From contig NZ_KE383880.1 in NCBI RefSeq assembly GCF_000422585.1, forward strand, positions 128,001 through 189,298: a stretch of DNA of 61,298 bases. Direction: 5' to 3'. Positions 20,438 through 29,203 of the stretch are shown piece by piece (the first letter of the stretch is position 1; the number at the start of each line of letters is the position of its first letter). Under the pieces are notes generated by a model that was not told the origin of the DNA, did no database searches, and worked only from the letters and a program-made list of their open reading frames with translations. The stretch comes from Hugenholtzia roseola DSM 9546. Its GTDB lineage: Bacteria; Bacteroidota; Bacteroidia; Cytophagales; Bernardetiaceae. The position numbers were made by a program, and so were the translations under genes.

Positions 20438-20722
20438 GTTTGTGCAGGATAGTCAGCGGCAAAGAGAATTTTATGGCTCCAAAGTGGGGTTATTTTTTTG
20501 CTAATATTTTTCTATTTTGTTATCTTTGTAGTATCTTACAACGCAAATCCAAGGTTTCGTTATTCGTAGTGTCCCAGTGACCAAAAAGTAACCCGAATAG
20601 TAGTATTGTCAATAGTGCAAAGCTCAAATAACACATACAAAAAAGCATAAAAAAATGGTAATCTCTAAAAAAATCGTACCTTCACACTCTAATTAGCGCA
20701 TAAAGTCTTGTCTTTTCAAATT
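20438..20722. repeat. about 280-bp Rpn-flanking repeat R, copy 2 (downstream of rpn-1), with an orphan promoter-like block not followed by an rpn gene
   Basis: Direct repeat of 19293-19564. It is followed by a MITE-like element and then the 3' end of the phosphatase gene. Confidence 0.85.
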
Positions 20723-20857
20723 TAAAACAAAATAAAATTTGGGCAGAACCCTATTTTTGGGTACTAAAACCCTTTTTTGTTTCAATCTCACTTCGGACAA
20801 GGCAATGCCTTGTCCCTACATTTGAATCTGTTTTTTTAGAATTTAACATCACTGCCC
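20703..20857 (+). repeat. MITE-like hairpin repeat, copy 2
   Basis: Shares aaataaaatttgg ... tttcaatctcacttcggacaaggcaatgccttgtccctacatttgaa ... tttttagaatttaacatcactgcc with the other copies. Confidence 0.75.
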
Positions 20858-20899
20858 TTATAAGGCTTAGTCGCAGACGATAAGCCTTAGCCACGAAGA

Positions 20900-23800
20900 C
20901 TAAGGGTCAATCCTAATTCCTATCAAGGTAATATCATCTATTTGTTTGAGATTTCCCTTCCAATTTTCCAAAGTCTGCTGCAAGTTTTGTTTTTGCGCCT
21001 CTGTTGGCAGTAGAGGCAAAGTAGTGAGTAGATTTTTCAGGTTTGTTACCATAAACTTGCGCCCTCGCTCGCCGCCAAATTGGTCTTGGAAACCGTCAGT
21101 AAGAAGGTAGAAAAAAGTAGGCACTTGAATACTGCCCTGATGTAGCTCAAATTGGCGCGGTTTGTCCTTTTCCAACTGCCCTTGCTGCCCACCGATAGCC
21201 CTTTTCGTACCTTTAAGAATTTGTAGCGTAGGGGTTTGCTCGGCTTCGAGTGGCAAAAAATAAAGCGGATTCATCGCTCCTGCATAAGAAAAGGCAGAAT
21301 AACGCGGTCTTTGAGGTTCAAAATTCGCACTTTTTTCCAATGTTAGCACGACAATGTCCATGCCGTCGCGCACCTGTGAATCTTTTTGTTTGAGTGCTTC
21401 CATAATGCCCTGATGCAGTTGTGTCAGGATTTGAGCAGGCTCGATTATCTTTTCTAAATTGATAATTTTATTTAAAAGTTCGTTTCCTATCATAGACATA
21501 AAAGCACCGGGTACGCCATGCCCTGTGCAATCAGCAACGGCGATAAGTGTATGATTTTCAAGCTCTTGCAAGAAATAAAAATCACCTGAAACGATGTCTT
21601 TGGGCTGATATAAAATAAAGAAGTTTTCCTTTCCAAATGCCTTTTCGAAGCGGCTTTCGAAGGGCAAAATTGCCTCTTGTATGCGTTTGGCGTAATTGAT
21701 GCTGGCAGTGATGTTGTTATTTTTTTCTTCGAGGTCGTCTTTTTGTAGATTGACTAAATCTAAGGTTTGTCGCATTTCCTCATTAAGCTGTTTGAGATTT
21801 TCAGCCTGCACTTCTATTTCTTCTTTTTGCTGCTCTAATTCTAAATTTTTGAGTTGAATTTCCTCTGTTCTTTCCTTAACAAGGCGTTCCAAACGCAGCT
21901 TTGAAGCACGCAGGCGATAGGTATAAGCACGCACAAAGGCATAAAGAAGCCCAAATCCGAGCAATAAGAAAAGTCCATACGCCCACAAACGACGATACCA
22001 AGGCGGTGCAATCGTAAAAGCAACTTTTGTAGGCAAACTTTCTATTTTCTGGCTATTTCGCGCCTGCACCCAAAAAGTATAGTGTCCTTCGGGCAAGTTG
22101 GTGTATTCCTTGCGCCTTTGCTCTGTCCAATCCGACCAAGTTTCTTCATAACCTTCCAACCAATAGCGATAACGATTTTGGTCTTCCTGATAAAAAGAAG
22201 GCGCGGCATAGGTAAAAACAAGCGCATTGAAGCGGTAAGGTAGTTCGAAGGGAGCGATTTGACCACCACTTTCACCTCCAAACAGTAGGCTATCGCGATA
22301 CGCCAAACTGACTTTGCGAATCAAAGTCTGATAAGGGACAGACTTGCCCAAATCGTGTTCGGGTTTGTAGCGAAAAACGCCCAGTGCGGTAGCAAACCAA
22401 AATGTAGGCGATTCGGATTGAGTATCGTAATAAAAGCGCGAAAGATAGTCGGGCAGAGGTGCAAGGGTAAGGGTATCTTGTACCCAAGTGTCGGCTTGAT
22501 TGCCCTGCCCTTTTGTAGGCACTTGTTCAGATTTGAACAACAAAGTCTTAGCCGAGGGCATCACCCAGTAGGAGGGCTTCGAATCGGCGATTTCTTGCAA
22601 AGGCAATAGATAAGGATAGGCAAAACGCGGATTCTGCCAATCCAGACCCCAAGGATTGTAAGACTTAAAAGATTGACTTTTTTCATCAAAAGTATAAATA
22701 CCTGATGCAGTAGAAAAAAGAATTTGGTTCTGCCAAGCGATAATTTTACAACTCTCTATTTTTTCCAAGCCCTTTGTATGGAGTTGTACCTTTGCTGTTT
22801 CTACGCCTTTTTTTGAACCTCTATCTTCCTGAAAATCAATAGAATAGAAACCTTCCTTAGGCGACCCCACCCACACTCTACCATCTGCCTGCTCCTGCAC
22901 AGAGCGCGAAATGACCTGCTCGAAGGCGGGAATCTTGCCCACACGCAAAAATTTATCTTCTTCTGCCTGATAGCGCAGCACCTCAAAGCCTTGATAGTTG
23001 GCTTTATAGACAATGTTGCTATCTATTTTAGAACGCCCAATCGCCATATTTGCCCATTCGCCATCTATATTTTGTGCAATTTTTTTGTTTTTGATGTAAT
23101 AAAACCCATAATTTCCACCTGCCACAATTAGGTCATCTTGAAAAGGCAGGAGCTGCCAACATTGTGTAGAAGGCAAGTTTGCTATGCGTTTGAATAGCTC
23201 TGCTTCCAGATAAAAAAGTCCATCGTTGGCGGAAACATATAAGGTTTGGTCGGCACTACGACAAATATCTGTCGTATAACTTTTCAAATTTTGTGGCTCT
23301 TTGTAGGCTGTAAAAGGTAGATGAATCGCAATTTGACTCAAACCCTTATCGGTTGCTACCCAAAGTGCCTGATTTTTATCTACAAAAACATAGTTAATGC
23401 TATTACTAATTAGACCAGAAGCCTCGTCTATGTGGTACAAAGTTTTCCCTGCGGCATTAAAAATTAGCACCCCTCTATCTTTAATGCCTAATACATAAAT
23501 ATCCTCGCCTTTTTTATCCTTTAAATGCGTGGCTACATAAACGCCCCTATCTTTGAGCAAATGCTGGTCTTCGAGCGGAAAAGCACTCACTTGTTTGCTT
23601 TCAATATCATACAAAAAAAGAGAGTCTATATTAAGCGGACAAAATAAAATTTTCTTCTGACCATAAGGCAGAGCCGCACGCAGGCTTAGGCTATGCGTAA
23701 AGATGTAATGCTCGCTTTCTAAAATCCATTTTTGATTTTCGAATCGGTACAAGCCCTTGCTGGTTTCATTTTTCCAAAAACCTGTACCTACTTCAAAGAT

Positions 23801-24397
23801 GTCTATTTTATCCGTTTCTGCCTCTACCTGATGATAAGAAAAGGTGCTATCTTGGGTATGAAAAATGTAGAGCCTATCTTCGCTCGAAAAGTAAAGGTCT
23901 TTTTCTATTTGATGCACCTCGGTAATAAAGGGCGTTTTCTCGATGCTATCAGGCAGGTACGGACGTAGAGAATGGTACTGCCATTTCCCTAAGGCGTTGA
24001 TTTTGAGATAGCCAAGGTCGTCATCATTGGCGACATAAGCAAGTGTAGGGTCTTTTTTATCAAAAAGCAAATGCCGAACTACGCCCCCACCTGTCTGCAT
24101 CTGCTGCCACTCTGCACCATCATAGACGAGCAAAGCGTCGCGATTGCCTACATATAATTTGCCTTGTGCGTCTTGCGCAAGCGTCCAGAGAACGGACGAG
24201 GCTTGATAGATTTTCTTGTCATAATTCTGAATAAAAGGCGTTCCCCAGCGTAAAGTAGGAGCGAGAGTCTGCTTTGCATTTGAAAGTTCTTTTTTTTGGC
24301 TCTTTGCCTCAAATGTACAAAAAAACGCAAGCCCAAGCAAAAAAACAACTTTGAGCCAATATCTAAAAAAAATGTGTGTGAAAAAGAAAGGAGTCAT
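20900..24397 (-). CDS. sensor protein: signal peptide, two-component-regulator-propeller (Reg_prop) repeats, Y_Y_Y domain, TM helix, coiled coil, SpoIIE/PP2C phosphatase
   Basis: 1165 aa. The long N-terminal beta-propeller-like region is followed by YRYWLEGYEETWSDWTEQRRKEYTNLPEGHYTFWVQARNS (Y_Y_Y) and the TM helix WAYGLFLLLGFGLLYAFV. Then SINYAKRIQEAILP, DIVSGDFYF, ADCTGHGVPGAFMSMIG and TDGFQDQFGG. Confidence 0.8.
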   Translation of the reverse strand: MTPFFFTHIFFRYWLKVVFLLGLAFFCTFEAKSQKKELSNAKQTLAPTLRWGTPFIQNYDKKIYQASSVLWTLAQDAQGKLYVGNRDALLVYDGAEWQQMQTGGGVVRHLLFDKKDPTLAYVANDDDLGYLKINALGKWQYHSLRPYLPDSIEKTPFITEVHQIEKDLYFSSEDRLYIFHTQDSTFSYHQVEAETDKIDIFEVGTGFWKNETSKGLYRFENQKWILESEHYIFTHSLSLRAALPYGQKKILFCPLNIDSLFLYDIESKQVSAFPLEDQHLLKDRGVYVATHLKDKKGEDIYVLGIKDRGVLIFNAAGKTLYHIDEASGLISNSINYVFVDKNQALWVATDKGLSQIAIHLPFTAYKEPQNLKSYTTDICRSADQTLYVSANDGLFYLEAELFKRIANLPSTQCWQLLPFQDDLIVAGGNYGFYYIKNKKIAQNIDGEWANMAIGRSKIDSNIVYKANYQGFEVLRYQAEEDKFLRVGKIPAFEQVISRSVQEQADGRVWVGSPKEGFYSIDFQEDRGSKKGVETAKVQLHTKGLEKIESCKIIAWQNQILFSTASGIYTFDEKSQSFKSYNPWGLDWQNPRFAYPYLLPLQEIADSKPSYWVMPSAKTLLFKSEQVPTKGQGNQADTWVQDTLTLAPLPDYLSRFYYDTQSESPTFWFATALGVFRYKPEHDLGKSVPYQTLIRKVSLAYRDSLLFGGESGGQIAPFELPYRFNALVFTYAAPSFYQEDQNRYRYWLEGYEETWSDWTEQRRKEYTNLPEGHYTFWVQARNSQKIESLPTKVAFTIAPPWYRRLWAYGLFLLLGFGLLYAFVRAYTYRLRASKLRLERLVKERTEEIQLKNLELEQQKEEIEVQAENLKQLNEEMRQTLDLVNLQKDDLEEKNNNITASINYAKRIQEAILPFESRFEKAFGKENFFILYQPKDIVSGDFYFLQELENHTLIAVADCTGHGVPGAFMSMIGNELLNKIINLEKIIEPAQILTQLHQGIMEALKQKDSQVRDGMDIVVLTLEKSANFEPQRPRYSAFSYAGAMNPLYFLPLEAEQTPTLQILKGTKRAIGGQQGQLEKDKPRQFELHQGSIQVPTFFYLLTDGFQDQFGGERGRKFMVTNLKNLLTTLPLLPTEAQKQNLQQTLENWKGNLKQIDDITLIGIRIDP

Positions 24398-24780
24398 ATC
24401 GTGCCAATGCTATTTTTGGGTAGCCCCTGAAAGGCGCAAGAAAGGAGCGCGGTGAGAAAAACTATTTTTTGCCTACCAATAAGATGCTTTTCAGCGCATT
24501 TTACACATTTTTCGCCACAAAAAAGCTATTTTTTTGTTTTTTTTAGAAAAAAAGCTCTCAATAGCAAGCCCTACGATAGTTATTTCTGGAAATAAGTAAG
24601 GAAGAATAGGCTTAAACTCTGCTTTATCCGTATTCAAAAAAACACGCCTTTGGTCTTGTTCCACGACTACAACCTACCTTTTCAGCAAAGCTCAAATAAA
24701 ACGTACAAAAAAGCATAAAAAATGTAGTCGTATCCAAAAAAATTGTACCTTCACACTCTAATTAGCGCATAAAATCTTTT

Positions 24781-25641
24781 ATGGAAGACAAAAAACCTAA
24801 TCAAAAAGAACAAAACCTTTACGATAAAATTTTAAAAGAAAATATCTTATCGTATGTCTTGCAATTTTCAGAAAGGCAGTTGGGATTTTACATTAAAAAA
24901 CACGCTTTATTAAAAGATAAACTACAAACCACCTTAGAACGAGAAGCCGACTTTTTAGTTCTTATCACCACCCAAGACGAAAAAGAATTTATCCTGCAAT
25001 TAGAATTTCAGGCAAGAGATGAGCCAAATATGGTACTTCGCATGCAAGAGTATCATGCTATCTTACAAAAGAAGTATCAAAAACCTATTATTCAAATCGT
25101 ATATTACTTAGGTGAAACGCCCAGTAATATGCGTGCTACCCTTGCGCCTTCGGAGGTTTTTACAGGCTTTCAATTAAAATCTTTTAGAGATTATTCTTAC
25201 AAAGAATTTATCGAATCTGAAAATGCCGAAGAGGTCATTATGGCAGTTTTGGCGGATTTCGGAAAGGAAAAACAGGAAGAAGTCGTCAGTAAAATTTTAT
25301 TCCGCCTTTCGCAACTAAAAAGCGACGTTACTGCGTTAAATAAGTATGTCAAGCAGTTGCTTGTTTTAGCGCGTTTGCGCAATAAACTTCCAAAAATCAT
25401 TCAAAACCAATTAGGCGATATGGGAACGATAGGATACGACATCGAAAAAGATGACCTTTATTTACAAGGTTTGCAAAAGGGCGAGTTAAGAGGCTTAGAG
25501 AAAGGCTTAGAGAAAGGAAAGCTCGAAGCTCGCCGTGAATTAGCAATTTCTTGCTTACAAGACGGGCTTTCTGTAGAGAAAACTGCTAAACTTACAAAAC
25601 TATCCATCGAGGAAGTTCGCAAGTTGAGTGAGGAATTGTAA
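24781..25641 (+). CDS. Rpn-family PD-(D/E)XK nuclease, paralog of 19565-20413
   Basis: About 93% aa identity to rpn-1. It carries an 11-aa insertion (LRGLEKGLEKG) in the EKG-repeat tail. The same upstream promoter-like block lies at 24700-24780. Confidence 0.75.
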   Translation: MEDKKPNQKEQNLYDKILKENILSYVLQFSERQLGFYIKKHALLKDKLQTTLEREADFLVLITTQDEKEFILQLEFQARDEPNMVLRMQEYHAILQKKYQKPIIQIVYYLGETPSNMRATLAPSEVFTGFQLKSFRDYSYKEFIESENAEEVIMAVLADFGKEKQEEVVSKILFRLSQLKSDVTALNKYVKQLLVLARLRNKLPKIIQNQLGDMGTIGYDIEKDDLYLQGLQKGELRGLEKGLEKGKLEARRELAISCLQDGLSVEKTAKLTKLSIEEVRKLSEEL

Positions 25642-25728
25642 GTTTATTAGGTGTACTTCGTCGTTACTTGTGCAGGATAGTGAGTGGCAAAAACAATTTT
25701 GTAGCTTCAAAGGGTGTTTTTTGCTATT

Positions 25729-25790
25729 TTTGTAGTATCTTACAGCGCAAATCAAAGATTTGCCGCACTGATAGGTCGTAGTCGGAGACT
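25729..25790. repeat. inverted-repeat element IR-a (left arm)
   Basis: tttttgtagtatcttacagcgcaaatcaaagatttgccgcactgatagg is the reverse complement, with few mismatches, of 26826-26877 and 27243-27294. It contains the internal hairpin gcaaatc-aaa-gatttgc. Confidence 0.7.
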
Positions 25791-25883
25791 ACGCCCAACG
25801 GGGGCTTATCCCACTGGCGTTAAAAGCGTGGATTGGTACGTAAATGATAAAAAAGGAAACAAAGTAATAATTCAAAAAATAAA

Positions 25884-26303
25884 ATGAAAAAATTTTTTTT
25901 ATATTTAATAGCTATTTTTACGTTACTTTCTAGTAATAGTGCAAAAAACACAAGCGTGGTTTTAGACAGTAATACGCAATACTACATAAAAAAAGTAAAA
26001 AAAGTAAAAAAATGGTATATTATTTACGCAATGAAAAACAAAGTATTATATAAAATAGTTTCAAAAGATGACAATACTTTTAACAAAAACTGCAATAAAA
26101 TAACTATTGGAAAACAATATGATTTAATTTTGAAATCGCACAAAGAGTCTGCACCAGTCATTAATGGAGTTCTTATTGCTCCTGTTGGATATAGTGGATG
26201 TTATCATTTTGATAGTGAAACGACTATATGTTTAGAACCTAATAAAGATATTTATGATTTATTTTATACAAATAACTTAAAAGGAATTTGCTATGTTAAA
26301 TAA
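25884..26303 (+). CDS. hypothetical secreted/lipoprotein-like small protein, very low GC (possible orphan immunity protein)
   Basis: N-terminal signal peptide MKKFFLYLIAIFTLLSSNSA. GC is visibly far lower than the about 46% surroundings. It lies immediately upstream of, and overlaps, the RHS C-terminal fragment. Confidence 0.4.
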   Translation: MKKFFLYLIAIFTLLSSNSAKNTSVVLDSNTQYYIKKVKKVKKWYIIYAMKNKVLYKIVSKDDNTFNKNCNKITIGKQYDLILKSHKESAPVINGVLIAPVGYSGCYHFDSETTICLEPNKDIYDLFYTNNLKGICYVK

Positions 26304-26787
26304 AAACTTCTGGCAATACAACGGCAAGGAGAAGGAGACGTTTTTGGGGCTGCACCTCACCGACTACGGCTGGCGACAACAAGACCCACAACTTTGTAGG
26401 TTTTGGGGTATAAACCCGCTGGCAGAGAAGTATTACAGCCTCACGCCCTTTGCCTATGTAGCCAATAATCCTATCAATGCGATTGACCCTGATGGGAGGG
26501 AGATAACCTACACTTTTTCTGAAGATATGACAGGTGAAGAAAAAATGGAATTTTTACAAGGTCTTTCTAAATTATACGAAGATTCTAATACTTTTCAAAC
26601 AATGTTTGATGATTTAGCTTCTTCCAAACATGAACATAAAATACAAATATTTGGATATAACTCAAAAGACGTAAACAACCGCGAACATACGACTAACCCT
26701 GATGACAAAATTGGTAGGGGTAGCCAGATGAACTTGGGGCTTGGTGGCTCCCCCGTTGTCCGCAGTGTTCCCATAACCAAAGAATAA
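26293..26787 (+). CDS. orphan RHS-repeat-associated core C-terminal fragment plus variable C-terminal (putative toxin) domain
   Basis: NFWQYNGKEKETFLGLHLTDYGWRQQDPQLCRFWGINPLAEKYYSLTPFAYVANNPINAIDPDGRE is the conserved RHS/YD core end (NGKEKD...YDYGARxYDPxLGRF...DPL...Y.YV.NNP...DPDG). Beyond it lies a divergent, AT-rich 95-aa tail. There is no upstream RHS repeat body. Confidence 0.7.
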   Translation: MLNKNFWQYNGKEKETFLGLHLTDYGWRQQDPQLCRFWGINPLAEKYYSLTPFAYVANNPINAIDPDGREITYTFSEDMTGEEKMEFLQGLSKLYEDSNTFQTMFDDLASSKHEHKIQIFGYNSKDVNNREHTTNPDDKIGRGSQMNLGLGGSPVVRSVPITKE

Positions 26788-26825
26788 ACCAAAAGTTTGG
26801 CGTAGCCTCCGACTACGACCTATCA

Positions 26826-26877
26826 GTGCGGCAAATCTTAGATTTGCGTTGTAAGATACTGCAAAAATAGTCTTTAC
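26826..26877. repeat. inverted-repeat element IR-b (right arm, copy 1)
   Basis: cctatcagtgcggcaaatcttagatttgcgttgtaagatactgcaaaaatag is identical over about 52 bp to 27243-27294 and inverted relative to 25729-25790. Confidence 0.75.
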
Positions 26878-26959
26878 TTTGAAAAAACAAAATAATCTTT
26901 ACCACTTTTGCAGTTCTCATTTTTGGTAAGGGACAAAATGTCCTCTACCACTTTTATTC

Positions 26960-27187
26960 CTACAACATCTTCTTGATAAGGGCAAGCAAGTTTTTTTTAA
27001 GTGTTTGCTTGTCCGTTTTAGAAATTGAATCAGGAATAAGCGATAGTAAAGACCCAAATTCTTCTACTATTGATTTTCCTTCTTGTGTTAGTAGGTCTTG
27101 ACCTTCTTTGACTTTATTCTTTTTACTTGACTTCAAAAAAGAAATAAAAGACTCTACATTCTCAAAAAAAGGAGCTTCTTCCTTCAT
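26960..27187 (-). CDS. small hypothetical protein (weak call)
   Basis: ORF 26960..27310. Its 5' part is encoded by the IR-b copy, so the likely start is the internal Met at 27187. No family was recognised. Confidence 0.25.
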   Translation of the reverse strand: MKEEAPFFENVESFISFLKSSKKNKVKEGQDLLTQEGKSIVEEFGSLLSLIPDSISKTDKQTLKKNLLALIKKML

Positions 27188-27242
27188 TTGTGCCAAGTTT
27201 TGAATTTGTGTTTTTGTAACACTCACACGACCTCTTAAAATC

Positions 27243-27294
27243 CCTATCAGTGCGGCAAATCTTAGATTTGCGTTGTAAGATACTGCAAAAATAG
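27243..27294. repeat. inverted-repeat element IR-b (copy 2, direct with 26826-26877)
   Basis: Exact 52-bp repeat of 26826-26877. Confidence 0.75.
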
Positions 27295-27424
27295 CAAAAA
27301 ACAAATACAAAATGCTATTTTTTAGATGTTTTGATAGCAGCAGCCCTGCAAAGCGAAGATTTAGTTTTATTTTTTGTATTCAGAAGACTTTGCCGAATGG
27401 GGAGTAGCAATATCAAGTCTTGCG

Positions 27425-27545
27425 AAAAGCCTTATCTTATTAAATTGGAAACAAAATAAAATTAGGCTCAAACCTTGTTTTGAGCCTAAAAACTCTTTTT
27501 ATTTCAATCTCACTTCGGACAAGGCAGTGCCTTGTCCCTACTCAC
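27425..27545 (+). repeat. MITE-like hairpin repeat, copy 3
   Basis: ...ttggaaacaaaataaaattaggctcaaaccttgttttgagcct...tttcaatctcacttcggacaaggcagtgccttgtccctac. Confidence 0.75.
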
Positions 27546-27755
27546 GCATAAACAAAAATAGGCAGGCTTGTGCCTTGGGTCTGTCTTCTTCAAAAAGAGG
27601 CTACTCAACCGCTTCTTAACACAAACCTAAATAGTAGGCTCATAAAAAGGCTATTTTTTCCTTTTTCAAGAAAAAAACAGCCAATTTTAAAATTTATCCA
27701 AATAAATGAGCCTTTGCGAGTCGCTTGTTGTGGTCTGCCCACGATTTAGAGGAGG

Positions 27756-28607
27756 CTATTTGGGTGCAATGACCCCTAATTTTTTCTGCAACTGATTCAA
27801 GACCTGCTTGATTTCGTCGAGCGAAGTTTCCGCCTCTGGCGTTTTTTTGCTGATGTAGGCAGCGAATTTCCAAATCTCCTTGACCTGACGCGCAGGGAGT
27901 TCGTAGGGGCGATACTGCAAGTTGGTAGATTCTAATAAAAAAGTACCCTTTTCTTTGACCTGATTATGAACTCTTTTAAAGACAATTCCCTCGTCTTGGG
28001 CTACTAAGACGCAAAATTCGCCTTCTTTCAGGTCGTTCCAATCGGCAACATACTCACCAATCACAATCGTACCCGATTCAAGCGGTAGCATCGAGTCGCC
28101 CGAAATTTCGAAGGAGCGGTAGGTGCGCTCGGCAGGGAGAAAAGGCAATTTAAACTTGGGTAGCTCTTTGATATATTCCAAATCGGCATACCCTTTGGCA
28201 TACCCTGCGGCAGCTTTCTGTGGCACTAATTCGATGTTTTCGTTGTTTAGCTCATCTACCGAAATAGCCAAAACACGCACATTTGTACCTGCTACGTAAT
28301 TCCCCACTTGTAGGCGGTGGTAGGCACTCCAATAAGGGGTATTGACTCTTTGTCGGAATTTGCGCTCCTCTAAATTTTCGTTGAGCAGTTCATCTACAGT
28401 AACTTCAAAATAATTTGCCATAGCGACAAGCGTATCGAGGCGCGGTTCGGCTCTGCCCTCCTCGTAGGAAGAATAAGCCCCGCGCGTGATGCCTAATTTA
28501 TCGGCAATGACTTCCTGACTCTTTTTGCGTGTGTTGCGGGTGCGTAAAAAGCGAAGATTATTGCTAAGATGCATAGTTTTGAAATTTTTTACTAAGGAAA
28601 TTTGCAA
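27756..28607 (-). CDS. HTH-XRE DNA-binding domain fused to an S24 (LexA/CI-like) self-cleaving peptidase domain; repressor-like
   Basis: N-terminal LRFLRTRNTRKKSQEVIADKLGITRGAYSSYEEGRAEP (HTH_3). C-terminal FEISGDSMLPLESGTIVIGEYV...FKRV, an S24 Ser-Lys dyad context. Confidence 0.8.
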   Translation of the reverse strand: MQISLVKNFKTMHLSNNLRFLRTRNTRKKSQEVIADKLGITRGAYSSYEEGRAEPRLDTLVAMANYFEVTVDELLNENLEERKFRQRVNTPYWSAYHRLQVGNYVAGTNVRVLAISVDELNNENIELVPQKAAAGYAKGYADLEYIKELPKFKLPFLPAERTYRSFEISGDSMLPLESGTIVIGEYVADWNDLKEGEFCVLVAQDEGIVFKRVHNQVKEKGTFLLESTNLQYRPYELPARQVKEIWKFAAYISKKTPEAETSLDEIKQVLNQLQKKLGVIAPK

Positions 28608-28821
28608 TTTTTGTTTTCTTGCCCTAACTTAGCATCTGATAAAACTACAAATAACCGTTTTGACGCTTTCAAGTCTTTGTAAAGGCAGAGCGTATGCTAT
28701 TTGTGTTATTGGGTAGTATTTTAGTAGGGCAGCTGGCAAGGCTAAATTTGAAATAAAGGGGGCTAAATTCGAGCTAAACCAACGCGCTGGTTTTGGTCTT
28801 GCTACTTGTCTTAGCGTGTTA

Positions 28822-28854
28822 TCAGATTGTTGGTCAGATTGTCTGTCAGATTGT
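28822..28854. promoter_or_regulatory. three perfect 9-bp direct repeats TCAGATTGT at 12-bp spacing, with further TTGTCAG motifs downstream; candidate operator/iteron array for the adjacent XRE-S24 repressor
   Basis: tcagattgt at 28822, 28834 and 28846, with additional ttgtcag copies to about 28895. They lie 215-250 bp upstream of the repressor start, in the divergent intergenic region shared with the GH73 gene. Confidence 0.35.
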
Positions 28855-29203
28855 CTTTTGAGTTGTCTTGAAAAGTTTGTCAGTTTTGGCACTTTGTCAG
28901 ACCCGACTTGCTAATATTCTGACAATATACCATCATAAACAGAGGTAAAGATACAAAAAAAATTGACACTCGCCAAATATTTTAAACCATTTCTAAAAAA
29001 AGACCCTAAAAATAAGCGAAATTTCCCAAAAAATGAGGGAAATTCCCTCGAAATCGCACTCAAAATCGTGATAAAACAACCGCCTTTCAAAACCTACCCC
29101 CAAGATTAACGCTGCATCTTCGGCTTTTTTTCCTAACTTCGCCTACGGCTATCGCGCCTGCCTTATCTCCACTCTTAGGTTTCATTTATTTACTTTTTTT
29201 GCC

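Noticed and set aside
28629-28892. 87-aa ORF with QSDRQSDQQSDN repeats
   Set aside because: The repeated peptide is just the translation of the TCAGATTGT direct-repeat array. This is a non-coding regulatory region.
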